A stretch of 64,000 bases of DNA from positions 1 through 64,000 of the forward strand of contig CP010425.1 of assembly GCA_000830295.1 (NCBI GenBank), read 5' to 3'. Below the pieces are notes generated by a model. The model saw only the letters and a program-made list of their open reading frames with translations, made no database searches and had not been told where the DNA came from. Shown one piece after another: positions 30,668-40,616 of this stretch. The position numbers and the translations under genes were made by a program. Within the stretch, counting starts at the first letter, position 1. Each line of letters opens with the position of its first letter. The stretch comes from an archaeon GW2011_AR15. GTDB lineage: Archaea; Nanobdellota; Nanobdellia; Woesearchaeales; GW2011-AR15.

Positions 30668-31150
30668 ATGGCAAGGAAAAAAGAAGAGAAAAAGCAGGAA
30701 GAAAAGGTTCAGGAAGCAAAAGAGCTGAGCAAGGATGAAGTAATTGCCGAGCTTACTGACATGCTGAAGAGGACCCAGGCTGAATTCATCAACTACAAGA
30801 ACCGGGTTGAGAAGGAAAATAAAGAAGCCTACGAATACTGTTCAGCAGACCTTGTAAAAAAGCTGCTGCCTGTGCTGGACAGCTTTGAGCTGGCCTTCAA
30901 AAATACCGGAGAAGCCGGGAAATTCAGGCAGGGGATGGAGATGGTGTATGCCCAGCTGGTTGATGTGCTTGAGCATGAGGGACTGAGGAGAATAGATGCA
31001 GAAGGAAAGAAATTCGACCCTTACAGGCACGAGGTGCTGATGAAAGACAAGTCAGACAAGAGCCCTGACATCGTGCTTGAGGAATTCCAGAAAGGCTACA
31101 TGTTCAAGAATAAAGTGGCAAGGCATTCAAAAGTGAAGGTGTCAGAGTGA
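30668..31150 (+). CDS. grpE: Nucleotide exchange factor GrpE
   Basis: AEFINYKNR, LLPVLD, FDPYRHE and QKGY. Confidence 0.95.
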   Translation: MARKKEEKKQEEKVQEAKELSKDEVIAELTDMLKRTQAEFINYKNRVEKENKEAYEYCSADLVKKLLPVLDSFELAFKNTGEAGKFRQGMEMVYAQLVDVLEHEGLRRIDAEGKKFDPYRHEVLMKDKSDKSPDIVLEEFQKGYMFKNKVARHSKVKVSE

Positions 31151-31725
31151 AGATAAAATATGATACCGCAAAAGAGCAGGTTTTGAAGCTTGTGCACCCG
31201 TGCAAATGCAGAAAATGCGAGAATCCCTGCAGCTACGGCTCAGGGGCTTTTATCGGGGATGAGGCAGAGAAGCTTGCTGAATTTTTGAAGATAACAAAAA
31301 AAGAGGCAGAGGAAAAATACCTCGAGAAAATAGAGAAATTCAACACGACCTTATGGAGGCCGAAAGTCGAGAGGAAGGAAGGCCTTCCTTTCGGGAAGTG
31401 CATTTTTTTCGACAGCGAAAAGGGATGCACAATACACCAAGTAAAGCCTACTGAATGCAGGCTCGCAATGGGCTGCAAGGATTACGGGGAGGACATCATA
31501 ATCTGGTTCATGATGAACCATTACTTCAACCCTGATGACCCGGAGTCAGTAAGGCAGTACAAAATATATGCAGAATCAGGCGGGAAAATACTGGAGGGCG
31601 CAGAGCCTGAGAAGTTCACTCACACAGTGGCAGAAGATTACAAAGACCTGAAACAGGAAAGGGACTGGGAAAGAATCCTTGGAATAAAAGACGCAGAGGC
31701 AAAAGAAAATGGAAAACGCAAATAA
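31147..31725 (+). CDS. YkgJ-family cysteine cluster protein
   Basis: CRKCENPC...CIFFD...CTIHQVKPTEC. Confidence 0.8.
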   Translation: MKIKYDTAKEQVLKLVHPCKCRKCENPCSYGSGAFIGDEAEKLAEFLKITKKEAEEKYLEKIEKFNTTLWRPKVERKEGLPFGKCIFFDSEKGCTIHQVKPTECRLAMGCKDYGEDIIIWFMMNHYFNPDDPESVRQYKIYAESGGKILEGAEPEKFTHTVAEDYKDLKQERDWERILGIKDAEAKENGKRK

Positions 31726-32017
31726 GCAAAAAATGTACCTCAAGCCAGAAGCCATACTGAAATACCTTATGGGAGAGGAAAAGCTTCACACGCTGATTAC
31801 GACACAGAACACAGAAGTAAACCTGATAACTACAGATCAGAGCCTTTACGAGGCACTTGGAAGCGTTGATGACAGGAGCAAGATAAACCTTAACCTGCTT
31901 GTCAAGCTGCTTGAAGTTGTGAAGATTGTGCCCCATGATGAGATGGCAAAAGAGGAGAGGAAAGTGCTGAGCCCTGAGAGGGCAGAAGAGCTCAGGAAGA
32001 GTGTGGAATGGAAATGA
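31709..32017 (+). CDS. Hypothetical protein (possible degenerate PIN-like fold)
   Basis: 102-aa ORF overlapping both neighbours in the operon. Confidence 0.6.
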   Translation: MENANKQKMYLKPEAILKYLMGEEKLHTLITTQNTEVNLITTDQSLYEALGSVDDRSKINLNLLVKLLEVVKIVPHDEMAKEERKVLSPERAEELRKSVEWK

Positions 32018-32820
32018 AAGAGTTTATACTGGAGGTCGCAAAAGAGGTCGGAGAGCTGGCGATGGAATACCTTGGAAAGGCAAAAGTCTCAGACAAGGGT
32101 CCGAAGGATGTTATAACTGAAGCAGACCTTGCAGTAGAGAAGCTCATAATAAAAAAAATCAGGGAGAAATACCCCGGCCACAATATTGTGGCAGAAGAGT
32201 CCACGAATAAAAATTCAGGCTCAAGATACAGATGGTATATTGACCCTATAGACGGCACCCATAATTACGCGCACGGAGACCCGAATTTCGTGGTTTCAAT
32301 AGGAGTGACCGAAGATGGGGAGCTGAAATATGCGTGCATAAATTTCCCGTACATGAAGGACATGTATTACGCAGAAAAAGGAAAGGGCACAGAGCTCAAC
32401 GGAAAAAAAGTCCGTGTCTCAAGAGCCTCAACACCTGACAGGGCAATGATACAGCTCGGCATAAGCCCGCTGAAGGATGCAATTGATGATTCGCTGAAAT
32501 TGTTCAGGTATTTCACAGTGCACTACCTTAAAGCAAGGGATTACGGGTACACTGCGGGACAGATGGCATTTGTTGCTTCAGGGAAGGCAGACGGCTATCT
32601 GAAGATAGGGCAGCATCCGTGGGATGTTGCTGCAGGAATACTGATTATTGAAGAGGCAGGAGGGAAAGTGACTGATTTCAAAGGGAATAAAATAAAACTA
32701 GGCGGGAAATCAGAGCTTTACAACCTGGTTGCCTCAAACGGCCTGTTACATGATCAGCTACTAAAAGAGCTTGACAGCAAAGAGCTGAAGAGCATTGATA
32801 AAAATAAAACATGGTATTGA
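32008..32820 (+). CDS. Inositol monophosphatase family protein
   Basis: AEE, IDPIDGTHNY and WDVAAG. Confidence 0.93.
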   Translation: MEMKEFILEVAKEVGELAMEYLGKAKVSDKGPKDVITEADLAVEKLIIKKIREKYPGHNIVAEESTNKNSGSRYRWYIDPIDGTHNYAHGDPNFVVSIGVTEDGELKYACINFPYMKDMYYAEKGKGTELNGKKVRVSRASTPDRAMIQLGISPLKDAIDDSLKLFRYFTVHYLKARDYGYTAGQMAFVASGKADGYLKIGQHPWDVAAGILIIEEAGGKVTDFKGNKIKLGGKSELYNLVASNGLLHDQLLKELDSKELKSIDKNKTWY

Positions 32821-32825
32821 GAAAA

Positions 32826-32967
32826 AACAAGGAGATGATATGAAATGTCAAAAATAATCGGAATGAACCTTTTAAGAAAACGTTCACGAAAACAAATTAA
32901 GGACTACATTGGCAAGCCAAGTAGTCCGAACAAGGAGATGATATGAAATGTCAAAAATAATCGGAAT
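32826..32967 (+). promoter_or_regulatory. Duplicated dnaK start (39-bp perfect direct repeat) enclosing a two-hairpin element and a 33-codon uORF (32845-32946)
   Basis: AACAAGGAGATGATATGAAATGTCAAAAATAATCGGAAT at 32826-32864 and 32929-32967; hairpins at 32864-32886 and 32901-32927. Confidence 0.8.
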
Positions 32968-34846
32968 AGACCTAGGAACTTCGAACAGCGCAGCCGCTGT
33001 GCTTGAGGCAGGCAGGCCAAAAATAATCCCCTCAGCAGAGGGGACAACACAGTACGGGAAATCCTTCCCGAGCGTAGTTGCCTTCACAAAAGACGGCCAG
33101 CTGCTTGTGGGAGAGCCTGCAAGAAGGCAGGTAGTGAGCAACCCCGAAAGGACAATCACAAAAGCGAAAAGAAAGATGGGAACATCCCACAAGTACAAGA
33201 TAAACGGCAAGGAATACACGCCGCAGGAAATCTCAGCTTTCATACTCCAGAAGATAAAGAAGGATGCTGAAGCTTATCTCGGAACAAAGGTTGAGAAAGC
33301 AGTAATCACTGTGCCTGCTTATTTTGACGACAACCAGAGACAGGCAACAAAGGATGCCGGAAAGATTGCAGGCCTTGATGTTGTAAGAATAATCAACGAG
33401 CCTACTGCGGCATCTCTTGCATACGGGCTTGACAAGGCAAACCATGAGCACAAGATACTTGTGTTTGATTTAGGGGGAGGAACACTTGACGTCACAATCA
33501 TGGAATTCGGCGAGGGTGTCTTTGAAGTCAAGTCAACTTCAGGAGATACGCAGCTCGGAGGAACAGATATGGATGATGCCCTGCTGAACTTCCTTGCTGA
33601 AGAGTTTGAGAAAAAAGAGGGAGTCAACCTGCTCAAGGACCCTGTTGCGACTGAAAGGCTGAAAGAAGCAGCAGAGAAGGCAAAGATAGAGCTTTCAACA
33701 GTTATGGAAACCGATATGAACCTTCCTTTCATAACAGCGACAAACAAGGGGCCGCTGCATTTCAGCAGGAAGCTGAAAAGGTCAGAGCTGGAAAAGATTA
33801 TAGACCCTATTGTAAATAGATGCAGGAAGCCTCTGGAGCAGGCAGTCAAAGATGCCGGCCTGGGCTTCGGCGAAGTTGACAAGGTCATCCTTGTAGGAGG
33901 GCCGACAAGAATGCCTGTTGTGCAGAAATTTGTCGAGGATGCAGTGGGCAAGAAAGTTGAAAGGGGGGTTGACCCTATGGAATGCGTTGCGCAGGGCGCT
34001 GCAATCCAGGCAGGTGTGCTTGCAGGAGATGTCAAGGATGTGCTGCTGCTGGACGTTACTCCGTTGAGCCTTGGAATTGAAACATTAGGCGGGGTATTTA
34101 CAAAGCTGATAGACAGGAACACCACGATCCCCACAAAAAAATCCCAGGTGTTCAGCACAGCTGCTGACAACCAACCTGCCGTAACAATCAGGGTTGGCCA
34201 GGGGGAAAGGCCCATGTTCAATGACAACAAATTGTTAGGGCAGTTTGACCTTGTCGGAATACCTCCTGCGCCAAGAGGCATACCTCAGATTGAGGTTACT
34301 TTTGACATTGACGCAAACGGCATAGTGAATGTCTCTGCAAAAGACCTCGGGACCAAGAAACAGCAGTCAATAAGGATAACTGCCTCAGAGAAACTCAGCG
34401 ATGAGGACATAGAGAGGATGAAGAAAGACGCAGAAGTCCACGCAGAAGAAGACAAGAAAAAGAAAGAAGAGATAGAAACAATCAACCAGGCAGACACTCT
34501 TGTCTATACAACTGAAAAGCTTTTTGAGGATTTCAAGGGAAAAGTCGATGACAAAAGGCTTGAAGACATCAGAAAAGATGTCGATGAGCTGAAGAAGCTT
34601 CTTGAGCCTGAAAAGAAAGACGTTGACGCAGTAAAGAAAAAGCTGGAAGAAGTCAACAAAAAGGTACAGGAAATGAGCACTGAGATGTACCAGAAGGCAG
34701 CTGCAGAGCAGCAGGCTGCTACAGAAGCATCAGCTGAATCTTCAGGGCAGCCGAAAGCAAAAGGCAGGAAAAAAGAGAAGGTTGTCGATGCCGAGGTTGT
34801 TGACGAAGAAGAGGACGAAAAAGAGAAGAAAGGCAAAAAGAGATAA
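32948..34846 (+). CDS. dnaK: Chaperone DnaK (Hsp70)
   Basis: [23 protein letters not shown] and GIPQIEVTF. Confidence 0.98.
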   Translation: MSKIIGIDLGTSNSAAAVLEAGRPKIIPSAEGTTQYGKSFPSVVAFTKDGQLLVGEPARRQVVSNPERTITKAKRKMGTSHKYKINGKEYTPQEISAFILQKIKKDAEAYLGTKVEKAVITVPAYFDDNQRQATKDAGKIAGLDVVRIINEPTAASLAYGLDKANHEHKILVFDLGGGTLDVTIMEFGEGVFEVKSTSGDTQLGGTDMDDALLNFLAEEFEKKEGVNLLKDPVATERLKEAAEKAKIELSTVMETDMNLPFITATNKGPLHFSRKLKRSELEKIIDPIVNRCRKPLEQAVKDAGLGFGEVDKVILVGGPTRMPVVQKFVEDAVGKKVERGVDPMECVAQGAAIQAGVLAGDVKDVLLLDVTPLSLGIETLGGVFTKLIDRNTTIPTKKSQVFSTAADNQPAVTIRVGQGERPMFNDNKLLGQFDLVGIPPAPRGIPQIEVTFDIDANGIVNVSAKDLGTKKQQSIRITASEKLSDEDIERMKKDAEVHAEEDKKKKEEIETINQADTLVYTTEKLFEDFKGKVDDKRLEDIRKDVDELKKLLEPEKKDVDAVKKKLEEVNKKVQEMSTEMYQKAAAEQQAATEASAESSGQPKAKGRKKEKVVDAEVVDEEEDEKEKKGKKR

Positions 34847-34907
34847 TTTTTTTATTTTCTATTTTTATTCCAAGCAGATTTTTAAATAACTCCCTTCTCC
34901 ACACTGC

Positions 34908-35507
34908 ATGAACAGATATTTCGTAGGGATTGCAGGAGGCTCCGGGAGCGGAAAGTCTACCTTGGCCTATAATCTCCAGAGCAGATACCCTCCAAGAATC
35001 GGAGTCCTGGAATTAGATGATTTCCAGAAAACAAATGAGCTGCTTTCTCTCCTTGAAGGCATGCCAAACCGTGACCATCCGAGCTCTGTGGATTTTGACA
35101 GCCTGATAAGCAGCATTAACCTGCTGAAAAACGGCGAGCCTGTTTCTCTGATGACAAAAAGCCTGCGCCTGAATCCGGGATACGCTAAAGGAGGCTGGAG
35201 GATCCCTTACACAGTCATGCCAAAAGAAATCATGCTTATTGAAGGATACTGTGCATTGTGGCATCCTGAAGTGAGGTCGTCTTTTGATTACAGCATCTTC
35301 CTTGATGCTTCTGAGGAATTGAGGGTCACAAGAAGGAGCTGGAGGACAAAATCCGACTATATTGAGAAAGTCCTGCTGCCCATGCATAACCAATACATAG
35401 AACCCGCGAAAGTGCATGCTGACTTAATTATAAATGTTGATGGGTTAGATGAGGGTTCCCTTGCATCTTTAGTTGAGGAGCATCTTAAAAGCCGGAATAT
35501 ATTATAA
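34908..35507 (+). CDS. Uridine kinase family protein
   Basis: GIAGGSGSGKST, NRDHP and YIEPAK.HAD. Confidence 0.85.
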   Translation: MNRYFVGIAGGSGSGKSTLAYNLQSRYPPRIGVLELDDFQKTNELLSLLEGMPNRDHPSSVDFDSLISSINLLKNGEPVSLMTKSLRLNPGYAKGGWRIPYTVMPKEIMLIEGYCALWHPEVRSSFDYSIFLDASEELRVTRRSWRTKSDYIEKVLLPMHNQYIEPAKVHADLIINVDGLDEGSLASLVEEHLKSRNIL

Positions 35508-35552
35508 GCCATAAGGACAACATAAATAAATCCCCCAGTTTTCTTTCCCCAT

Positions 35553-36056
35553 ATGGAAGACATTCTTCTCGTGGATGAGGATGACAACATAATCGGGAAA
35601 GAAGAAAAGCTCAGCGCCCATAAATCAGGGAAATTGCACAGGGCATTCTCTGTTTTTGTGTTCAACTCAAAAAAAGAGCTTCTTATACAAAAAAGAGCAC
35701 AGGGCAAGTATCATTCAGCCGGCCTGTGGTCCAACACCTGCTGCAGCCATCCGGTTACTGAGGACACTAAAAAAGAGGCTGAAGAAAGGCTAAAAGAGGA
35801 GATGGGGTTCAGCTGTGAGCTGGAGGAATTATTCAGCTTCATATATGAAATAGAGTTTAAGAACGGGTTAAAAGAGCATGAGTTTGACCATGTCTTTAAG
35901 GGAAAATATAACGGGCCTGTAATGCCTAATATAAAAGAGGTCATGAACTATAAGTGGGTTGCTCCTGAAAAACTTCATGAAGATATTAAAAAGAACCCCG
36001 GCAGCTACACGCACTGGCTGAAGCTCTGCCTGAGCAGGGTCATTTCTTTTTCCTGA
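35553..36056 (+). CDS. idi: Isopentenyl-diphosphate isomerase type 1
   Basis: [15 protein letters not shown] and EHEFDH. Confidence 0.93.
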   Translation: MEDILLVDEDDNIIGKEEKLSAHKSGKLHRAFSVFVFNSKKELLIQKRAQGKYHSAGLWSNTCCSHPVTEDTKKEAEERLKEEMGFSCELEELFSFIYEIEFKNGLKEHEFDHVFKGKYNGPVMPNIKEVMNYKWVAPEKLHEDIKKNPGSYTHWLKLCLSRVISFS

Positions 36057-36426
36057 ACTCCAGGGCAGCGGAATTAATGCAGTACCTTTTTCCTGTCGAA
36101 ATTGGTCCGTCATCAAAAACATGGCCTAAGTGGCCACCGCATTTCCTGCAGGTGACTTCTGTCCTTACCATGCCGTGGCTTTCATCCCTCCTCAGCTCAA
36201 CAGTCTCAGGCATTGATTCAAAAAAACTCGGCCAACCGCAGCCCGAGTCGAATTTTGCATCAGAAAAAAATAATTTCTGGCCGCAGCCAGCGCAAACATA
36301 AAAGCCTTTTTCTTTATGGAGATAAAATTTTCCTGTAAAGGGAAACTCTGTCCCTTTCTCTCTAAGTATGTGATACTGCTCTTTGGTCAGCTTCTTTTTC
36401 CAGTCTTTGTCTGGCATTGCAGGCAT
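36040..36426 (-). CDS. msrB: Peptide-methionine (R)-S-oxide reductase
   Basis: [18 protein letters not shown] and RYCINS. Confidence 0.95.
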   Translation of the reverse strand: MPAMPDKDWKKKLTKEQYHILREKGTEFPFTGKFYLHKEKGFYVCAGCGQKLFFSDAKFDSGCGWPSFFESMPETVELRRDESHGMVRTEVTCRKCGGHLGHVFDDGPISTGKRYCINSAALEFRKKK

Positions 36427-36448
36427 GATTAAAACATAGGCCGAGAAT

Positions 36449-36946
36449 TTATATAGTTTTTCCCTTCTTCCTCTCATAAACCCTGAAATAATAGTCATAC
36501 GGGTTCTTCTCGTTCTTTGGCCCTTTTTCTTCAGAGATAAGTTTCCACTCTTTCATGTCAAACTCAGGGAAGAAAATGTTTGCGTCAAAATTATGGTCGA
36601 TGTAAGTCATGTATAATTTACCAACAGTGGGCAGAAACTGCCTGTAGATGGATGCCCCGCCCATGATAAAAGCCTCATCATCATGCTTCAGCGTAGCAAG
36701 TGCGCCCTGTATTGAAATGAAGACCTCGCAGCCGGGGATATTCATCTTCTCAAAGCTGAGGATGATATTCCTCCTTCCCGGCAGGGGCTTGCCGAGCGAC
36801 CTGAATGTTGTAAGCCCCATGATGACAGGCTTGCCCATTGTTGTTTTCTTGAAATGCTTGAAGTCCTCAGGGATATGCCATGGTATCTGGAGATCTTTCC
36901 CAAGCTCCCTGTTTTTTCCCATTGCCCAGATCATAGAAAGTGCCAT
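36449..36946 (-). CDS. folA: Dihydrofolate reductase
   Basis: [16 protein letters not shown] and MGGASIY. Confidence 0.94.
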   Translation of the reverse strand: MALSMIWAMGKNRELGKDLQIPWHIPEDFKHFKKTTMGKPVIMGLTTFRSLGKPLPGRRNIILSFEKMNIPGCEVFISIQGALATLKHDDEAFIMGGASIYRQFLPTVGKLYMTYIDHNFDANIFFPEFDMKEWKLISEEKGPKNEKNPYDYYFRVYERKKGKTI

Positions 36947-36955
36947 TCTAATTAC

Positions 36956-37849
36956 CTATACTGCCACATCGCCTTTTATTGCAGGATGCGGGTCATATCC
37001 GGTGAGCTCGAAATCCTCAAACCTGAAATCAAATATTGATTTCACCTTTGGATTTATTTTCATTACGGGAAGTTTCTTCGGCTCCCTTGTAAGCTGCAAT
37101 TTCACTTGGTCAATATGGTTGAGGTAAATATGCGCATCCCCGAAGGTGTGGACAAAATCGCCCGGCTCAAGCCCGCAGACCTGTGCCACCATCATTGTCA
37201 ATAGCGCGTATGAAGCTATGTTGAAAGGCACTCCCAAGAACACATCTGCGCTTCTTTGATACAGCTGGCAGCTCAGTTTCCCGTCAACAACATAAAACTG
37301 GAATAATGTATGGCAGGGCGGCAATCCTGCCTTTGACATTTCCTCAACTTCAGGGGGGTTCCATGCTGAAACTATAAGCCTTCTTCCGTTCGGGCTCTCC
37401 CTGTCCTTCTTTACTTTCTTTATTTCATCAATAACCCACTTTATTTGGTCAACGCCGTTGAAATCCCTCCACTGCTTTCCGTAGACAGGGCCGAGCTCTC
37501 CCCATTTTTCCGCAAATTTCTCATCCTGCGCAACTTTCTCTGCAAATCCCTTTATATCTTCACCCCGGAATTCAGCACTTTCTTTATACCTTCTGTATGG
37601 CCATGCATCCCAGATATGGACATTGTTCTGCGCCAGGTATCTCAGGTTAGTGTCTCCCTGCAAAAACCACAGGAGCTCATGTATTATTCCCCTAAGATAC
37701 ACTTTTTTTGTGGTAAGAAGCGGGAATCTCTCCTGGAGGCTGAACCTCATCTGGTAGCCGAAGACGCTTATCGTGCCTGTGCCTGTCCTGTCTTCTTTCT
37801 TTACTCCGTTATCGAGGATATGCCTGGCAAGCCTGAGGTATTGTTCCAT
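36956..37849 (-). CDS. thyA: Thymidylate synthase
   Basis: DRTGTGT, LPPCH and [14 protein letters not shown]. Confidence 0.97.
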   Translation of the reverse strand: MEQYLRLARHILDNGVKKEDRTGTGTISVFGYQMRFSLQERFPLLTTKKVYLRGIIHELLWFLQGDTNLRYLAQNNVHIWDAWPYRRYKESAEFRGEDIKGFAEKVAQDEKFAEKWGELGPVYGKQWRDFNGVDQIKWVIDEIKKVKKDRESPNGRRLIVSAWNPPEVEEMSKAGLPPCHTLFQFYVVDGKLSCQLYQRSADVFLGVPFNIASYALLTMMVAQVCGLEPGDFVHTFGDAHIYLNHIDQVKLQLTREPKKLPVMKINPKVKSIFDFRFEDFELTGYDPHPAIKGDVAV

Positions 37850-37903
37850 TGTAATTTTTCACTTTTAATTATTTAAAAAGATTGTGACATATTCTAATAT
37901 CTG

Positions 37904-38488
37904 CTATGGCATCCACTTGGTGTCTTCCTTTCCCTGCCTGTGGCTGGCTAAACGGGCTGCTGTGAAAAGATAGTCTGAAAGCCTGTTCATGTATTTCAGG
38001 ATGTTCTTTTCTATCTCCTCTTCCCTCATCAGCCTTATTATTTGTCTCTCCGCCCTCCTGCATACGACCCTTGCCATGTGAAGCAGTGCGCTTTCTTCAG
38101 TGCCTCCTGCAAGTATAAAATTCTTCAGCACAGGAAGCTCTTCCTCATACATGTCAATAAGCCTTTCAAGCTTCTTGACCATATCCTCTGTCACCCTTGG
38201 GATCTTGTTTGCCATCGGGTTTCCGTCTATCTTTGACTGTGAAAGCACAGAGGGGTATGCGAGATTTGAGGAGATTGCGTGCAGGTCTTTCTGTATATCC
38301 ATAAGATGCGATTTAAGGTCCTCCTCTTCCAGCTTTACTATGGCAAGGCCCAAGAATGCATTGGTCTCGTCGAGCACTCCGTATGCCTCTACTCTCGTTG
38401 TATCCTTCAGTGTCCTTGAGCCGTCGCAGAGTGAAGTCTCTCCTGTATCCCCTCTTTTAGTGTAGATTTTTATCTTCCTATCTGCCAA
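37904..38488 (-). CDS. PduO-type cob(I)alamin adenosyltransferase
   Basis: IYTKRGDTGET, RRAER and NRLSDYLF. Confidence 0.93.
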   Translation of the reverse strand: MADRKIKIYTKRGDTGETSLCDGSRTLKDTTRVEAYGVLDETNAFLGLAIVKLEEEDLKSHLMDIQKDLHAISSNLAYPSVLSQSKIDGNPMANKIPRVTEDMVKKLERLIDMYEEELPVLKNFILAGGTEESALLHMARVVCRRAERQIIRLMREEEIEKNILKYMNRLSDYLFTAARLASHRQGKEDTKWMP

Positions 38489-40499
38489 TGTTTATCACCT
38501 GCTCGCTCAGGCTGCCTTCCCTGTAAACTGTTATGCCCCTGCAGCCGAGCTCATATGCCAGCAGGAAGGATTTCTTTATGTCCTCGGTGGTTGAGCTCTT
38601 TTGGAAATTTATTGTCTTTGAGATTGCATTGTCGACATGCTTCTGGAAAACTGACTGCATCTTTATGTGCCACTCAGGCTTTATGTCATAGGCAGTCACA
38701 AATATCTTCTTCATATCCTCGGGAAGCGCAAGGTTCTCAAGCGAGTTTGACTGGATTATCTTCCTTATTATATCCTCTGAGAAATCAATGCCGTGCTCTT
38801 TTGAGACTTCCTCAAGCACCTTGTTCACATGCGTTATCTCTGTGTTCCCAAGGACTTTCCTTGTATATCCGAGCGCAAAGTTGGGCTCTATCCCCGGAGA
38901 GGTGTCTGCAAGTATGCTCCTTGCTCCTGTAGGCGCGATTGCTATCAGCGAGCAGTTCCTCAGCTTTGCCTTGTTGCAGAATACGCTTTGCTTCCACATC
39001 GGGAAGACTCCTTTTTCCTCTGCCAGCTTCTCTGACTCATTCCTGGCTGTTGATGATATGAACTTCATGACCTTCTCAGCAACCGCAAGCCCCTCCTCGG
39101 AATTATAGGGAATCCTGAGTTTGTAGAGCATATCCGCAAATCCAAGCACTCCCAGCCCTATTCTTCTGTTGCCCTTGGCCATGTCCTCTATCTTTTTCAC
39201 AGGGAACCTGCCAAGGTCGACTATATTGTCCAAAAATCTTACAGAAGACCTTATGACTTTCTCGAGGTTCTTCCATCTTATCTGCTTCCTCAGCACGAAC
39301 CTTGAAAGGTTTATTGCGCCGAGGTTCCCTGCGTCATAAGGAAGCAGGAGCTGGTCTCCGCACGGGTCGGTTGTTTCTATCTTCCCCATATCTGGGAAAG
39401 GATTTCCTTCATTTATCCTGTCTATGAAAAGCACTCCGGGGTCCCCTGTCTTCCATGCCATCGTAACAATGAGGTGGAATATGTTGTTGGCATCAGCCAT
39501 CTCAATTACTTCGCCGGTTGCAGGGTTCTTTATTGCATATTCCTTCCTTTTCTTGACAGCTTCCATGAACTCGTCTGTCATCTCGACAGATATATTGAAG
39601 TTCTTTATTTCCCCCCTCTCTTTCATAGTTATGAATTCTATTATGTCAGGGTGTTCCACGCTGAGCGAGCCCATGTTGGCAGGCTTCCTGTTTCCCGGGA
39701 CAACTGTAAGGTCAGATGCATGGTCAAACAATTTTATGAATGCTATGGGCCCTGATGAAAATCCTGCTGTTGTCTCGAGCACCTGTCCTTTCGGCCTCAG
39801 CCTTGAAAATGAGAATCCTGTGCCTCCCCCCAGCCTCTGTATAAGGGCTTTGTCATAGAGTGCCCTGAAAATCCCTTTCATGCTGTCCTCAACAGGAATT
39901 ACAAAGCTGCTGTAGAGCATCCTGTTTGATGTGCCTGCATTCGCAAGTATCCTTCCTGAAGGTATAAATTCAAGCGAAGACAATATTGTAAAGAAATCTT
40001 CCTCTATCTCCTCTGTCTGCTTCTCGCTTTTCTTATATTTCTTTTCTACAGAAGCGACTGCTTTTGCTACTCTCCTGAACATCTCTTTCGGCGTTTCAAT
40101 GATATTGCTTTTCCTGTCCCTTGCCAGGTATCTGGATTTTGCTATCAGCAGCCCGTTCACGCTCAGCCTTGAGTCATCCATCCTGCCGAGTATGCTCTGT
40201 TTTAGTTTTCTTAATTCAGTCCTTTTCTGCCTGTAGAGGATGAATGCCTTTGCCATCTCAGACTGGCCGTTCTCCATAAGGACTTTCTCAACAATGTCCT
40301 GCACTTCCTCCACAGAGATGATGTGGCCGTCCTGGGCTTTCTTTTCTATCTCAAGGATGACTTTTCCGGCAATCATATCAGGGAGCTCCTGATTATCTAT
40401 ATTTACAGCCAGCATCGTCTTCTCTATTGCAGAAGAAACCTTGGCAGGGTCAAAGTCTGCTATTGTCCCGTCCCTTTTCCTTATTTTAGAAATCCCCAT
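38478..40499 (-). CDS. Class II ribonucleotide reductase paralog with N-terminal ATP-cone and degenerate active site
   Basis: KRDG...VEEVQD ATP-cone; YSSFV and TDPCGD...AGNLG in place of NCFV and TNPCxE...CNLG. Confidence 0.85.
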   Translation of the reverse strand: MGISKIRKRDGTIADFDPAKVSSAIEKTMLAVNIDNQELPDMIAGKVILEIEKKAQDGHIISVEEVQDIVEKVLMENGQSEMAKAFILYRQKRTELRKLKQSILGRMDDSRLSVNGLLIAKSRYLARDRKSNIIETPKEMFRRVAKAVASVEKKYKKSEKQTEEIEEDFFTILSSLEFIPSGRILANAGTSNRMLYSSFVIPVEDSMKGIFRALYDKALIQRLGGGTGFSFSRLRPKGQVLETTAGFSSGPIAFIKLFDHASDLTVVPGNRKPANMGSLSVEHPDIIEFITMKERGEIKNFNISVEMTDEFMEAVKKRKEYAIKNPATGEVIEMADANNIFHLIVTMAWKTGDPGVLFIDRINEGNPFPDMGKIETTDPCGDQLLLPYDAGNLGAINLSRFVLRKQIRWKNLEKVIRSSVRFLDNIVDLGRFPVKKIEDMAKGNRRIGLGVLGFADMLYKLRIPYNSEEGLAVAEKVMKFISSTARNESEKLAEEKGVFPMWKQSVFCNKAKLRNCSLIAIAPTGARSILADTSPGIEPNFALGYTRKVLGNTEITHVNKVLEEVSKEHGIDFSEDIIRKIIQSNSLENLALPEDMKKIFVTAYDIKPEWHIKMQSVFQKHVDNAISKTINFQKSSTTEDIKKSFLLAYELGCRGITVYREGSLSEQVINIGR

Positions 40500-40578
40500 C
40501 TATCAGCCCCCGATATAATAAAGAAATAATAGAAGTATTTTTAAAAGTTGTTATTGAAAATAAAGGCATTTTCAATTC

Positions 40579-40616
40579 CGAAACCCGAATCATAAAATTG
40601 GTAAGTTCGGGTTTCG
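40579..40616 (-). terminator. Stem-loop directly after the first nrdJ stop codon
   Basis: CGAAACCCGAA ... TTCGGGTTTCG, 11-bp perfect stem. Confidence 0.5.

Noticed and set aside
32826-32967. dnaK start duplication as an assembly artefact
   Set aside because: The same architecture with diverged copies and covarying stems occurs at groEL, which an assembly error would not produce; read-level confirmation is still desirable.
33319-34281. Long antisense ORFs opposite dnaK, and similar ones opposite groEL, nrdJ, guaB and purA
   Set aside because: Shadow frames of conserved genes with biased codon use; no recognisable motifs.
35553-37849. Type 1 IDI and ThyA/FolA as a novelty
   Set aside because: Bacterial-like versions of these enzymes are known in several archaeal lineages, and nothing in the sequences is unusual.
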